DNA of 62,960 nucleotides, counting the filler, from Chiloscyllium plagiosum (taxonomy: Eukaryota), in NCBI RefSeq assembly GCF_004010195.1. It is 4 parts of one record of this genome, joined end to end, with 100 filler letters (N's around TTAATTAATTAA, not from the genome) between each part and the next. Parts side by side here need not be neighbours in the genome. Positions count along the whole stretch, not along the records: positions 1 to 13,370 come from NC_057712.1; 3 more parts are not named here. One strand, 5' to 3'. Numbering within the stretch: the first letter of the stretch is position 1; each line of letters begins with the position of its first letter. The translations under genes and the position numbers were made by a program. Positions 1 through 13,077 of this stretch are shown here, one piece after another. The notes beneath the pieces are model-generated. The model worked only from the letters and a program-made list of their open reading frames with translations, searched no databases and was not told the origin of the DNA.

Positions 1-803
1 TGTGGGACTTTATCAAAAGTTTTCTGAAAGTCCAGGTACACTACATCTACTGGATCTCTCTTGTCCATTTTTAGAGTTACATCCTCAAAAAATTCCAGAA
101 GATTTAGTCAAGCATGATTTCCCCTTCATAATTCCATGCTGACTCTGACCTATCCTGTTACTGCTATCCAGATGTGTCGTAATTTCATCCTTTATAATTG
201 ACTCCAGCATCTTTCCCACCACTGAGGTCAGACTAACTGGTCTATAATTTCCTGCTTTCTCTCTCCCACCTTTCTTAAAAAGTGGTACAACATTAGCCAC
301 CCTCCAATCTGCAGGAACTGATCCTGACCGAATCTATCAAACTCTGGAAAATAATCACCAACGCATCCACGATTTCTCGAGCCACCTCCTTCAGTACCCT
401 GGGATGTAGACCAACAGGCCCCGGGGACTTATCAACCTTCAGACCTAACAGCCTCTCCAACACCAATTCCTGGCAAATATAAATTCCCTTAAGTTCAGGT
501 CCTTCAGCCACTGTTACCTCAGGGAGATTGTGTGTGTCTTCCCAAGTGAACACAGATCTGAAGTACCCATTTAATTCTTCTGCCATTTCTTTGTTCCCCG
601 TAATATATTCCCCTGTTTCGTCTTCAAGGGCCCAATTTTAGTTTTAACCATTTTTTTGCCTTTCATATACCTAAAAAAACTTTTACTATCCTCCTTTATA
701 TTATTGGCCAGTTTACCTTCGTACCTCATTTTTTCTCTGTGTATTTCCTTCTTAGTAATCCTCTGTCGTTCTTTAAAAGCTTCCCAGTCCTCCGTTTTCC
801 CAC
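1..803 (-). mobile_element. CR1-clade LINE ORF2 fragment (pre-RT/RT N-terminus), frameshifted
   Basis: KSPGP.GLHPRVLKEV, NYRPVSLTSVVGK, QHG..KGKSCLT motifs. Confidence 0.9.
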
Positions 804-916
804 TAAAGGTAACTAAAGAGAACAGGGGACTTCTCCCTGGTGTCCTAACTAGCAGTGATGGTTCAATTAATTCAGAAAGTTGATGATTTGAGCATTTAGG
901 TCATTGATTAACAAAC

Positions 917-1185
917 TTTGATTTGATTTGATTTGATTTATTATTGTCACGTACCGAGATACAGTGAAAACTTTGTTTTGCATGCTATCCAGACAAATCA
1001 TACCTTATTTAGGTACATCAAGATTATAGAATAGAATATAGTGTTACAGCTGCAGAGAAGCTGCAGGGAAAGGTCAACTTTAATATATGAGAGGTCCTGA
1101 CAACAGCGGGGAAGAAGCTGTTCTTAAATCTTTTGGTATGTGTTTTCAAACTTTTGCATGTTCTGGCTGATGGAAGGGCTTGGCT
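917..1185 (-). mobile_element. Rex/Babar-type LINE 3' end
   Basis: HTKRFKNSFFPAVVR followed by ...gtgacaataataaatcaaatcaaatc tail on the minus strand; same family as 14285-15362. Confidence 0.6.
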
Positions 1186-2229
1186 ACTGAACTCCTTACG
1201 CTGCAAAAGAGATATTCTTTGAAATAATACATCAGCTGTTAAAACACCCTAAAAGTTGTAAATGACACAAAGCGCACAATTAATGCCTTTCCTGCCCTGC
1301 ATTCCAATTCCTGGCAATCTTTTTATCCTCATGGGATAAGGGTGTGGTAGCTAGCTCACACTAGGTGCTCCCATCATCGCTGGCTCTGTTTCGAGTTGGA
1401 CATTTCAGCTTCCCATTCTATGCAATTTTGATGGAGCTTGACCAGTTTGTAAATCGCGATTCATGGTCACTCAGAATTGTTGTGAATCAAGGGAGATCGT
1501 TAGTCCTGAGGGACCAAAGACCACAGACGTTTGATTAACTCTTCACACTGCCTCACTTACCATCAGCTAAGGGAAACAAAATGTTAGCTTGCCATAATGG
1601 GGAAGCAGTTGGAGGAGAAAACCATTGTTTGCACAACAAATGCAGTCAAAGCAATCGAACATGAACAAGACATTGTGGTAAAATTGGAATACTAATCTAA
1701 TGACAACTACGGTGCAATGCTGACTTGGATTGTTAAAGTGAAATTCAAAGAGATATGACAACTATTTAAACTTCAGAAAAAAGTCTTCTGAATATGGCAT
1801 TTTCTTGACAATCATGTAGATGGCCAACCCATACATTTTTAAATTTTGATATTTTTCTACAGCTCAAAACATATAGATTTCCAGCATTTCCAACTCTTAA
1901 ATGTTCAATTGTTTTTGATTAATGGAGTTGTGACTTGGAAGCACTTTGTTTCATGTAAAGCTTGGAAAATCCAAACTTTGTATATTTATAAGACTAATAA
2001 TTGAACCTTTTAAGTTGAAAGCCATTAAAACCATGCTTTCATTTTACCCAAGAAATCATATTGAAATATTGCATTTTCTTATAGAATTTCAAGAGTGCAT
2101 ATCTATTTCGATTTTTTTGGTCAAATAATTACTTCTTTACATCTCCACCCATTAATTCTCACTAATGTTCTTTGGAGAAGAAAATTTGCCAACCTCACCA
2201 GGCACAGAAAGGCAGTCCAGATAACATGT

Positions 2230-2552
2230 GGGCGGCACGGAGGCTCAGTGGTTAGCACTGCTGCCTCACAGTGCCAAGGACCTGGGTTCAATTCTAGCCT
2301 TGGGCAACTGTCTGTGTGGAGCTTGCATGTTCTCCCCGTATCTGTGTGGGTTTCCTCCCACAATCCAAAGATGTGCAGGTTAGGTGAATTGGCTGTGTTA
2401 AATTGTCTATCGTGTTCAGGGATGTGTAGGCTGGATGCATTAGAAAGGGGCAAATGTAGAGTAATTGGTTAGGGATAATCTTTGGAGGGTTGTGTGGACC
2501 TGTTGGATTGAAGGGCCTGTTTCCACACTGTAGAGACTCTATTCTATGATCT
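2230..2552 (+). mobile_element. HE1-like V-SINE
   Basis: tRNA-like head (ggctcagtggttagcactgctgcctcacag...gggttcaattc), V-domain gtctgtgtggag.ttgca..ttctccccg, CR1-like tail. Confidence 0.85.
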
Positions 2553-2697
2553 CATAAAGTTGTCAATCAATGACAGAAAGCTTGTATCTTGTTAGTTTTG
2601 TCCCTCCTAATTTTGTGTAAATAAACACACAGGTATTTAAAAACTCTTGAAAAAATTGAGGACAATAGGTATATCAACCGTGTCCTTGTGGTTCAAG

Positions 2698-2998
2698 GTT
2701 AGCACTGCTGCCTCACAGCGCCAGGGACTCGGGTTCAATTTCAGCCTCGGGTGACAGTCTGTGTGGAGTTTGCACATTCTCCCCGTGTCTGCATGGGTTT
2801 CATCCCACAGCCCAAAGATGTGCAGGTTAGGTGAATTGGCTAAATTGCCCATTGTGTTCAGTGATGTGTAGGTTAGGTGCATTGGTCAGAGGTAAATATA
2901 GGATAGTAGGGGAATGGGTCTTGGTGGATTACTCTTCAGAGGGTCGGTGTGGACTTGTTGGGCCAAAGGGCTCTGTTTCTACACTGTAGGGATTCTAT
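2698..2998 (+). mobile_element. HE1-like V-SINE, 5'-truncated
   Basis: Same head and V-domain as 2230-2552. Confidence 0.85.
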
Positions 2999-4099
2999 CC
3001 TTCTCTCCTTCTAAGAAAACCTCAGCTGCATCCCCTTACACGTGGCCTGCTGACAGCTAAGTGGATTAGTCATTCCTGAATTGAGCCAAGTCTCCATAAT
3101 GAGGCCATCTGGAAAACCACTCTGTGTGAGCTGCTTCTGCTGACACAGTTCCCATGAGTGAGGGCTTGAGACCTTGAAACCAACCACCTGCCTCTATTGC
3201 AACCTCAGGCCTCCCTCTGAAGGGAGCTGGCCTGTCACCATCCTGTCCCCCCGAGCCCTGATAAAATGTATAGTAGATGGGAGTCTCTTTAACGGAGATT
3301 GTTTTATGTCTCCATCACAAAACGATCTGGTCTTTTATGTCTGTATTACAACGCTTGGCTAATTACACCAAACCAGAATGTATTTTCAAATATCTGTTTC
3401 CAATTTACCTACCACCAATTTAAATTTATATTCTCTCTCCGAAACATTTTGCTTTAAGTTAATTATAGTTCACTTTCTTCAATTTTTCCAGAGTGGCTGG
3501 TGACCACCCATTAATCTCTCATACAGAGAATGGAGCTGTTCAACCAGCGCCATTACTGGACTGTGTTTTCTTAAAAGCCTTTGAGATCCAGGTATTCCAA
3601 GATATTTCTGGGACTTACGGCTGATCTCTGGAATGTTGAAGGAACAAGGATCTCCAAGCTATTACAGATGGGCTGAGTGGCCTCCTGTTGCATTGACTCT
3701 GACTGTTTTGACCAACAAAGCATCACCACCAATTCCATCCCATTCATCAAGGAGCCATCAAATGAGCCTCCAGACTTTGTTTACAATTTGCTTTGACTCA
3801 GCTAAGACCTGACAACTTAACTTAGTTCATACCTCAGAATCCTGCAGTGTTATTTTTAAAAGCATTCAATTTTGAGCTGCGGGTGTTGATGTCAAGTGCC
3901 TCCCTCATTGCCTTGACAATGGAATGGTTTGCCAGGCCAAATCACCGAAGGGTCAGTCATTTTGGTGTTGGACTGGAGTCTGTAAAGGAGAGCAGGTTCC
4001 CTTACTGCAGTACAACTGTGAACCATTTGGATTTTCACAACAATCTGACAACTTCGGGGTCCCGTTCCCTGATATTCACTTCCTGTTTCCACACTTTGT

Positions 4100-5860
4100 G
4101 TTTTTCAAAATGCAGCAAAATCTGGAAAATATCCAGGCTTGGGCTGACAATTGGCAAGTAACATTCATGCTGCACAACAGCCAAGCTATGACCATCATCA
4201 ATAAGAGACACCATCCATTGACATTCGCTGTTACCATCAGCGAATCCCTCACTATCAACATCCTTGAAGTTATCATTGATCAGAAATCCAACTGGACTCA
4301 CCTCATAAATACAGTGACTACAACAGCAGGTCAGAGGCTAGGAATACTGCAGTGAGTAACTCACCTCCTGACTCCCCGGACCCTGTCCAACATCTACAAA
4401 GCACAAGTAGAAAGTTTGATGGAATACCACCCCCCACCCCACTTGCCTGAATGGGTGCAGCTCCAAGAACACTCAAGAAGCTCATCCAAGACAAAGTGGC
4501 CCATTTGATTGGCACCACATGCGCAACATTCACTCCCTCTAACACCGATGGCTCAATAGACAATAGACAATAGGTGCAGGAGTAGGCCATTCAGCCCTTC
4601 GAGCCTGCACCGCCATTCAATATAATCATGGCTGATCATTCATAATCAGGATCCTCTTCCTGCCTTATCTCCATAACCATTGATTCCACTGTCCTTGAGA
4701 GCTCTATCCAACTCTTTCTTAAATGAATCCAGAGACTGGGCCTCCACTGCTCTCTGGGGCAGAGCATTCCACACAGCCACCACTTTCTGGGTGAAGAAGT
4801 TTCTCCTCATCTCTGTCCTAAATGGACTACCCCGTATTTTTAAGCTGTGTCCTCTGGTTCTGCACTCACCCATCAGCGGAAACATGTTTCCTGCNNNNNN
4901 NNNNNNNNNNNNNNNNNCAGCATGCTATTAGTCTTCTTCACTACCTGTTGTACCTGCATGCTTGCCTTCATTGACTGGTGTACAAGAACACCCAGATCAC
5001 TCTATACTGCCCCTTTACATAGATTGATTACATTGTGGTAGTAGTCTGCCTTCCTGTTCTTGCTACCAAAGTGGATAACCATACATTTATCCACATTACA
5101 CTGCATCTGCCATGCATCTGCCCACTCACTTAACTTGTCCAGGTCACCCTGTAATCTCCTAACATCCTCCTCACATTTCACCCTGCCACCCAGCTTTGTT
5201 TCATCAGCAAATTTGCTAATGTTATTGCTGATACCGTCTTCTATATCATTAACATATATTGTCAAAAGCTGCGGTCCCAGTACGGATCCCTGCGGTACCC
5301 CACTGGTCACTGCCTGCCATTCTGAAATGGAGCCGTTTATCACTACTCTTTGTTTCCTATCAGCCAACCAATTTTTAATCCAATCTAGTACTTTGCCCCC
5401 AATACCATGCACCCTAATTTTACTCACTAACCTCCTGTGTGGGACTTTATCAAAAGCTTTCTGAAAGTCCAGGTACACTACATCTACTGGATCTCCCTCG
5501 TCCATCTTCAGTAGCAGCAGTGTGTACTATCTACAAGATGCATTGCAGAAATTCACCAAAGATTCTCACACAGTACCTTCCAAACCAAGATCACTTCCAT
5601 CTAGAAAGATAAGAACAGCAAATATATGGGAACACCAATCCCTGCAATTCCTCTCCAAGAACCTCCCCATCCTGACTTTGGAAATATATCTGCCCTTCCT
5701 TTGCTGTCACTGGGTCAAAATCCTGGAGTTCCCTCTCTAAGGGCATTGTGCAGCGGCTCAAGAATGCAGCTCATCCCCACCTTCTTGAGGGGCAACTAGG
5801 GATGGGCAATAAATGCTGGGCCCAGCCAGCAACACCCACATCCCACAAACATGAATAAAT
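4100..5860 (+). mobile_element. Second-family LINE (CR1/L2-like) 3' part, split by a nested CR1 at about 4556-5509
   Basis: MQQNLENIQAWADNWQVTF...AGQRLGIL; sequence resumes as gtagcagcagtgtgtactatc at about 5511 and ends in gggatgggcaataaatgctgg. Confidence 0.75.
4556..5509 (-). mobile_element. CR1-clade LINE RT to 3' end (nested)
   Basis: YLDFQKAFDKVPH, SGVPQGSVLGP, KFADETKL, RRNFFTQKVVAVWNALP; (ctattgt)n tail. Confidence 0.92.
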
Positions 5861-7729
5861 TTTTAAAAACTCAATTCCGTGTCTCAGAGTGCGGCTGTGT
5901 CCTGGTGAGTCTATTGACCAGGCTGTTTCAGCAGCAGCTGAAGATGAGGTGGGTCCGGGCCTGGGATTACAATGACCCGGGTATTCCATGAGGCTTCTGC
6001 AATGTCTTTGCCGTGGCTTTGTCAGTCTTGTCCACTTGGGACTCTTTTGGAGGTTGTATTTATCGGTGTCGGTCTGGGTCTCCTTGTAGTGGCTTCAGTC
6101 AGTCTGTGACTCCATGCAGCATTTTCTTCGTGGCGGTCCATAGCCCAGAACACCAACAGCTTGATCAGGTCCTCGAGTCCAGAGCTATGAAATGGACTGA
6201 ATGGGCTTGCCTTAAATTCACATTTTTTGGTTAGTTTCTGTTTTTTAATTATATGATCACGGAAGCACTGTTGTTTTGCACTTTTTATTTTTGTATTGCT
6301 CTAATTTATTCCTATAACTTTGTACTTTTGAAGGGCTGTAATTCTTTGTTTTTAGAATCTTTGCTTTCCTAAGAATTTGTACTCAAGAATCTGTACCTAG
6401 CTATCTGTGTACCTAGGGTGGTGCCATAAGTGGCAACTTGTAAACTTTTCACTGTACTCATGTGAGGACATGTGACAATAAATCTAATTAATTAATTCAT
6501 TCATTAAATTTGTGTTTGTCTGATTTGTCAGTTCTGGATTACGAGTACAGATACAAATAGCCATTACACTATCAAAACCCACTCAGGAGTTTAGTGCATT
6601 AATCACATCTTCAACATCCAGAAACATGCAGTGTCCCTTTGGCACAGGGATTTATCACAACCAGGCTCCAGGTATCTTTCATAGCAGAGAGCTAGTGCAA
6701 GCTAGTGACCAATTACTGACTATTTGTACTATTTTTGCATGGGTTTCACAGGATGCCATTAAATCCCTCTTCCCTCAGGCTCCAGTTATCTGACACACAC
6801 TCTAGCTGTTAGTATAATAACTACTAACCCCTTCCACTGCAGTGCTGATATTCGAACAATGTTGAAAGGAAGTGACGGATGCTGGTACAATATCTGGACA
6901 GGTACATGATTAGGAAGGGTTGAGAGGAATATGGGCCAAATGTTGACAAATGGAACTAAATTAATTTAGGTATCTGGTCAGCATGGACGAGTGGACCAAT
7001 GGGTTGTTTACATGCTGTACATCTCTATGACTCCATGACTCTGTGAGAGCCTATGATGTTGGATATTGACAATCCAATGGGTCTACTTCAAAAACGGCAT
7101 ATAACTTGCCTCCCTGATACAGAGTCATAAAGTTATACAGCAAGGAAACAGACCCTTTGGTCCAACTTGTCCATGCCAACCAAGTTTCCCCAAAATTAAC
7201 TTGTCTCACTTGCCTGCATTTGGCCCATATCCCTCCAAACCTTGCCTATTTGTGTACCTGTCCAAATATCTTTTACATGTTGTAACTGTATTTGCATCTA
7301 CCACTTCCTCCTACACCTTTAACAACCTCAGTCCCAAAATATTTCACACCCAGTAACAAAAGGGAATGAAAGGAAATGGCGATGAGGAGGAAAAGAGGGG
7401 TTGTGGATTATCAGATCAACCATCATCTGATTCAATCACAGAGTAGTTTCCTTGGGCCGAATGGCCTATGTCTTTTGTCTTATGACATAGCTTCCACACG
7501 AGTTGGTGATGACAATAGCCTAGATGGATTTGTGGGGGAGTTGGTTAAATACACGAACAGAGAAAGCAATGGAAAGACATACAGATAGATCGAGTCAGAT
7601 GAAAATCATGTGGTGTCAAACATCAGCATTGAACAGGTGAGCCAAATGGCCTCTTCCGCTCTATGAGTTCCAGATAATTTGACATAAAATGCACATTTTG
7701 AAGGCCTGTCACAGTTGAATTGTAAGGAA

Positions 7730-7990
7730 ACATTTGCACACAGTAAGCTCCCACAACGAGCAGTGAGACAGAGGGGTAGGTAGTTAGTCAGTTGAGAAGA
7801 AATATTGGTTTAGGACAGCGGGGAGAATTGTCCTGCTGTCCTTGGAAATAGCGCCAAGGAATCTTTCACATTGATCCGAGGGCGGGCCGAGGTTGAATAT
7901 CACCCACACTGCAGCTCTGCATTTACATATCACCTTCAATCAACTACAGTTCCTGAGATGGGGTTTGAGCCCCTAACGTTTTGAATTTGA
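7730..7990 (-). mobile_element. Degenerate DeuSINE (SacSINE1/AmnSINE-like) relic
   Basis: Recalled similarity to the Deu domain (aatattgg..aggaca.cgggagaa...cctgct..ccttggaaatagcgcca.ggaatcttt). Confidence 0.5.
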
Positions 7991-8317
7991 ACTAAGGCTG
8001 ACAATATGGAATATGTGCAAAGTCAGGTTAACATTCTGGGAACAAATTTTCATCAGAAGGACAATGGAATTGTGTTGGCCTTGCTCTGGCAAGGAGTCAG
8101 CACAGATAATATATTGGGCCATTGCTCTTCCTTCTGCATTATAAATGATAATTTACATTGTAAATATTCTGACACCAGAAACATGAACTGCTTCCAAAGT
8201 TTCAGATTTCAGATTAAACCCTTGTTGGATTAAATTGCTTGTTGGACCATGGTATGTGCTAATTCAAGCTCCTCCTGGATTCATGAAAAAATTTAAAAAG
8301 CACCTCGAGACTTAGAT

Positions 8318-8625
8318 TCATAGAATGCTTACAGTGCAAAAGCAGACCACTCTGCCACACTGACCCTGCAAAGAACATCTCAGTCAGACCCACTCCTCTA
8401 CTCTTGCATTGCCCATGGCTAATCCATCTAGCCTACACATTCCTACTTACGATGGACAAGTTAGCATGGCCAATCCACCTAAGCTGCATACCTTTGGACT
8501 GTGGGAGAATACCCACGCTGACATGTGGAGAATGTGTAAACTCCACACATCAGTTGCCCAAAGGTGGAAACGAACCCAGGGCCCTGGTGCTGTGAGGCAG
8601 CAGTGCTAACCACTGAGCCATCATG
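8318..8625 (-). mobile_element. HE1-like V-SINE
   Basis: Ends tgtgaggcagcagtgctaaccactgagcca on the plus strand. Confidence 0.8.
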
Positions 8626-8766
8626 CTTCCAGATTTACCTGTCTATTTCAGCAGCCCGTGGTCTCTTTAAACCTGACTGTTAGAATGTTTTACACATTGG
8701 TGCCAATGAACAGCAGTAGCAAGGCCCCTTTAAGACCATTGGTCGGCTTGACATATACACAGGAAA

Positions 8767-9100
8767 GGTGATAGCCTAGTGGTGCCATTGATGGACTATT
8801 AACCCAGAGACCCAGCTAATGCTCTAGGGACCCGGGTTTGAATCCATCCATGTCAGAATTCAATTAAATCATCTAGAATTAAGAATCTAATGATGACCGT
8901 GATTTTCAATTGTCAGAAAAACCTATCAGGTTCACTAATGGCCTTTAGGGAAGGAAACTGCCATCCTTACCTGGTCTGGCCTACATGTGACTCCAGACCC
9001 ACAGCTATGTGGTTGACTATTAACTGCCCTCTGGGCAATTAGGGATGGGTAATAAATGCAGGTCTAACCACAGGTGCCCTCCTGCTGTGAATAAATAATA
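8767..9100 (+). mobile_element. tRNA-headed SINE sharing its 3' tail with the second LINE family
   Basis: A-box-like tagcctagtgg and B-box-like gggtttgaatcc; tail gggcaattagggatggg.aataaatgc matches about 5790-5820. Related copies at about 19150-19305, 47415-47640 and 59850-60400. Confidence 0.6.
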
Positions 9101-9344
9101 ACAAAAAACAATCATTGTCAGGGAAAAACCCTTTAAAAAGGGAAATTTTCCATCATTAACTGGACTGGCTTACACACAATTTCAGACCCATAGCAATGTG
9201 ATTGTCTCTGAACGGCCCTCCGGACAATAATTGATGGCCTAGCAACATTCAATGAATGAAAAAAAAAATGGGTGTGTGGTTCCTTTAAGATTCCTATCTG
9301 CTTTAGGTATAGTTGGTCAATTGGAAGACCCAATTTCCATCATT

Positions 9345-10620
9345 AGTTGAATTGCCTCACAAACCTTATTGAGTTCTTTGAGAAGGTGCCCAACCAGGTA
9401 GTTGAGGGTAAAGTGGTTAATGTTCTGTATATGTATTTCAGTAAGGCGTTTGATAACGTTCCCCATGGTAGGCTATTGCACAAAATATGGAGGCATGGAA
9501 TTGAGGGTGATTTAGCGGTTTGGATCACAAATTGGCTGGCTGAAACAAGATAGAGGGTGGTGGTTGATGGGAAATATTCATCCTGGAGTTCAGTTACTAG
9601 TGAGGTACTGCAAGAATCTGTTTTGGATCCATTGCTGTTTGTCATTTTTATAAATGATCTGGATGAGGGCATAGAAGAATGGGTTAGTAAATTTGCGGAT
9701 GACATTAAGGTTGGTAGAGTAGTGGATTGTGCCGAAGGATTTGCAGGTAACAGAGGGACATAGATAAGCTGCAGAGCTGGGCTGAAAGTTGGCAAATGGA
9801 GATTAATGCAGAAAAGTGGGAGGCGATTCACTTTGGAACGAGTAACAGGAATAAAGTGTACTGGGCTAATGATAAGATTCTTGGTAGTGTAGATGAGCTG
9901 AGAGATCTCAGTAGCCAGGTACATAGATCCTTGAAACTTGCCACCCAGATTAATAGGGTCATTAAGAAGGCATACGGTGTGTTAGCTTTTATTGAGGGAT
10001 TGCGTTTCGGAACCATGAGGTCATGCTGCAGCTGCATTTGGAGTATTGAGTACAGTTCTGGTCACCACATTATAGAAAGGATATGGAAGCTTTGGAAAGG
10101 GTTCAGAGGAGATTTACTAGGATGTTGCCTGGTATGGAGGGATGGGATTATGAGGAAAGGCTGAGGGACTTGAAGCTACTTTCGTTAGAGAGAAGAAGGT
10201 TGAGTGCTGACTTAATTGAGACGTATAAGAAAATCAGAGGGTTTGATAGGTTGGACAGTGAGAACCTTTTTCCTCGGATGGTGATGAAGAAAGGCTTATG
10301 CCCGAAACGCGATTCTCCTGCTCCTCAGATGCTGCCTGGCCTGCTGTGTTTTTCCAGCACCACATTTTTCAAGTCAGGTGATAGATAAAGGACAGATGTC
10401 AGAGGTAGTTTATTCAGAGAGAGGTCGGAGCGTGGAATGCACTGCCTGCAACAGTTGTAGACTTACTAATTTTAAGGGCATTTAAATAATCATTGGATAG
10501 GCATATGGACGAGAATGGAACGGTGTAGGTGAGAGGGCCTTCAGGTGGTTTCACAGGTCGGCGCAACATCAAGGGCTGAAAGGCCTGTACTGCGCTGTAA
10601 TGTTCTACATTCTATGTTCT
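9345..10620 (+). mobile_element. CR1-clade LINE RT to 3' end, with a Penelope pLTR piece inserted at about 10283-10373
   Basis: CLTNLIEFFE, FSKAFDNVPH, KFADDIK, LERVQRRFTRMLPG; (ttctatg)n tail. Confidence 0.9.
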
Positions 10621-12020
10621 GTGCTGTCTATTATCAGGCTTGCTACAAAATAGCAGCTAGTGAGTGGAAATGGGATTGAAGCGTCACCATTTTTGTCCCA
10701 TTGCAACCTGGAAAATGTTTAACATAAATCACTTCCCAGCCTCGACTGGAAGAACTGGCAATTTTACGAGCCTGTACTAGGTGGTCACAGCCAGTCTTCC
10801 AAACAATTTTCACAGTGATCTCATTCAGACTTTTAACGCAACGGAGATGCAAACACACCAGGCTGTCAGCAAGAGGCCAAAGACTACTCCAGACTGTGAA
10901 GAGGTAACCCAGTCGGTGCCTCACAGGAATGTTTGGTTCAAGTCCCACTCTGCGACTTTAGCACGCAATTTGTGTCCTGTCATCTCTAATAAAGCAACAC
11001 AACAATTGTGGAGGGATTATCAGGGAGCAGACATGATAACAACCAAATACTCCAGGGGTTCTTGTAAATCTTGTGGCTTATTTTGACTTTTTTTTATTCA
11101 CCATCCTGACTTGGAAGTATATTGCAGTTCCTTCACTGGCACTGGGTCAAAATCTTGAACGTCCCTCCTGATGCAGCATTGAGACTCTACCCACAGCTAA
11201 CTAACCACCACCACCACCTTCGCAAGGGCAACTAGGGACTGGGAATTAATGCAGGCCGCATCTGAACAAAAGCTAAACATCTGCTGATGATCCAATTAGG
11301 ATTCTTCACTCAAACATCATTAGCAAGGAGAAATAATGTTTTTTTCACCAGTTTCGTGGAATCTTGCTGTTCCTAAAATGACGGCCACAAATGGAGTCAG
11401 AGAGTCATTAAGTAGTTGTGAGGTCCTTTGGGAAAATTCTAAAGATGTTAAATGCCACAAAAATGCATTGATTTTGTGAAGAGTATTCACTTCGTGCCCT
11501 GAATAACATAATGTGGGCCAGACAGGATGGACCGAATAGTCGCCATTCTATGGCATCGCAGAACTTGAGTCCTTCCAGATATCATGCCCAATTAAATTTC
11601 TATCCAAAGGGAAGAGACTCAGAGTGACAAGAGGAACATTGAATCCTGATTGTCAGAAAGTTCTCCACGCAACAAAATGATCACAGAATGGATGCCCACG
11701 TGTTAATAAAAGAAAAAAAAAACAACTTGGATTCTAATAGCACCTTTATGGGGTGCCCCAGAGCCCCAGAGCCCATGAATAATATTTGAAGAGTAGTTAC
11801 TGTTGAAACACAGCAGATCGTGCGGGCACCGTAATCTGAGATGACCCCAGTGCTTTTTTGTGACAAGAACAAAATAAAATTGCTAAAAAAGCAATCAACA
11901 GAGAGAAAGCAGAGTTAACATTTTGGGTCTAGTGACCTTTCTTCAGAACTGTCTTTCTTTCTGATTTAGTTAAAAATCACACAACACCAGGTTATAGTCC
12001 AACAGGTTTAATTGGAAGCA

Positions 12021-12055
12021 CACAAGCTTTCAGAGCGACGCTCCTTCATCAGGTG
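12021..12055 (-). ncRNA. Hammerhead ribozyme motif (AGCT family)
   Basis: Minus strand cac CTGATGA a GGAGC gtc GCTCT GAAA gc TT gtg. Confidence 0.68.
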
Positions 12056-13077
12056 ATAGTGGAGGGCTCCTGGTGGTGAGAGCCTGTTCGTGAAGGCGGC
12101 AGCAGCGACAAAGTTAGGCAGCGGCTGGGGCCCAGAGACAGCCCAGCTGGCAGCCATCGGCATAGCAACGGATGGGTCAGTGTTGAAGTGGTTGGTGAGA
12201 CTGGGTGTGACTTCACCCAGCACAGGGGGGGAGAGCAAGTGACTGCAGACCCATATCTTAGGAAAGGACTGTAATGTTTAACTTTCAATATTATTCCTTT
12301 ATTTTCTCTTTAAGCATAAGAAGAAATGTAGTGGCGAACGTTTTAAACTTATTTCTTTGATTTTCTATTTTTGCACCCAAGATTTTGTACTTAGGTACCT
12401 AAGATTGCACCAGGAATGGCGACTTGAGTAAACGTGACAATAATCTAAATCCAACACCCAAGAGAAAACTCCCCGATTCTCTCTGAATATAGTGTGCTTT
12501 CATCGGGTGGAGAAGAAGATAGACAGAACCGGGGTTTCCCAACGATAGTATCTGAACGATAGTATCTCCAACAGAGCAGCACTGCGTGGCCATAGAGATT
12601 TCCATGTGGACTTCCTGCAGTGGGAGTTAAAATAACCACCTGGTGACAAAGTTCAGATGGTTTTGAGCTGAACAAGAGAGATATGAACAGCAGGGTCTGT
12701 AGCTAGTTAGTTAGTTTAGCATTCTCACCCATTTTAAATGCGAACAAAACAAAATTTCTCACTGACAGGAACACCGATAGGAGCCTGTCCTTGTACACAA
12801 GGTTAAGGTTGAACGCAAACTTCGTACAAAATGTTTTACTAAAAACCTGTCAAACAAGAGGATAACAACAGCAAACATAAAAGCTGCCAAGGCTGCAGTC
12901 ACACTTCCTGTGCTCGAACACTATCACTTCCTGGGTCAAGGGCACTACATCACTTCCTACAGTAGATGAAGATGCCCTTAAATTCAGTTCCATGTTATTT
13001 ATTTCAGTGCTCATCAAGGTAATAGGAATGATGCAAAATTAACCATTTTACATGTGCATTTTCAACAATACTGTTAA

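Noticed and set aside
2230..2300. tRNA-like sequences with A/B boxes (several copies)
   Set aside because: They are SINE heads followed by the V-domain, not tRNA genes.
3833..3841. Second possible microexon (cag|GATTCTGAG|gtatga)
   Set aside because: The upstream region is A-rich with no pyrimidine tract; likely chance.
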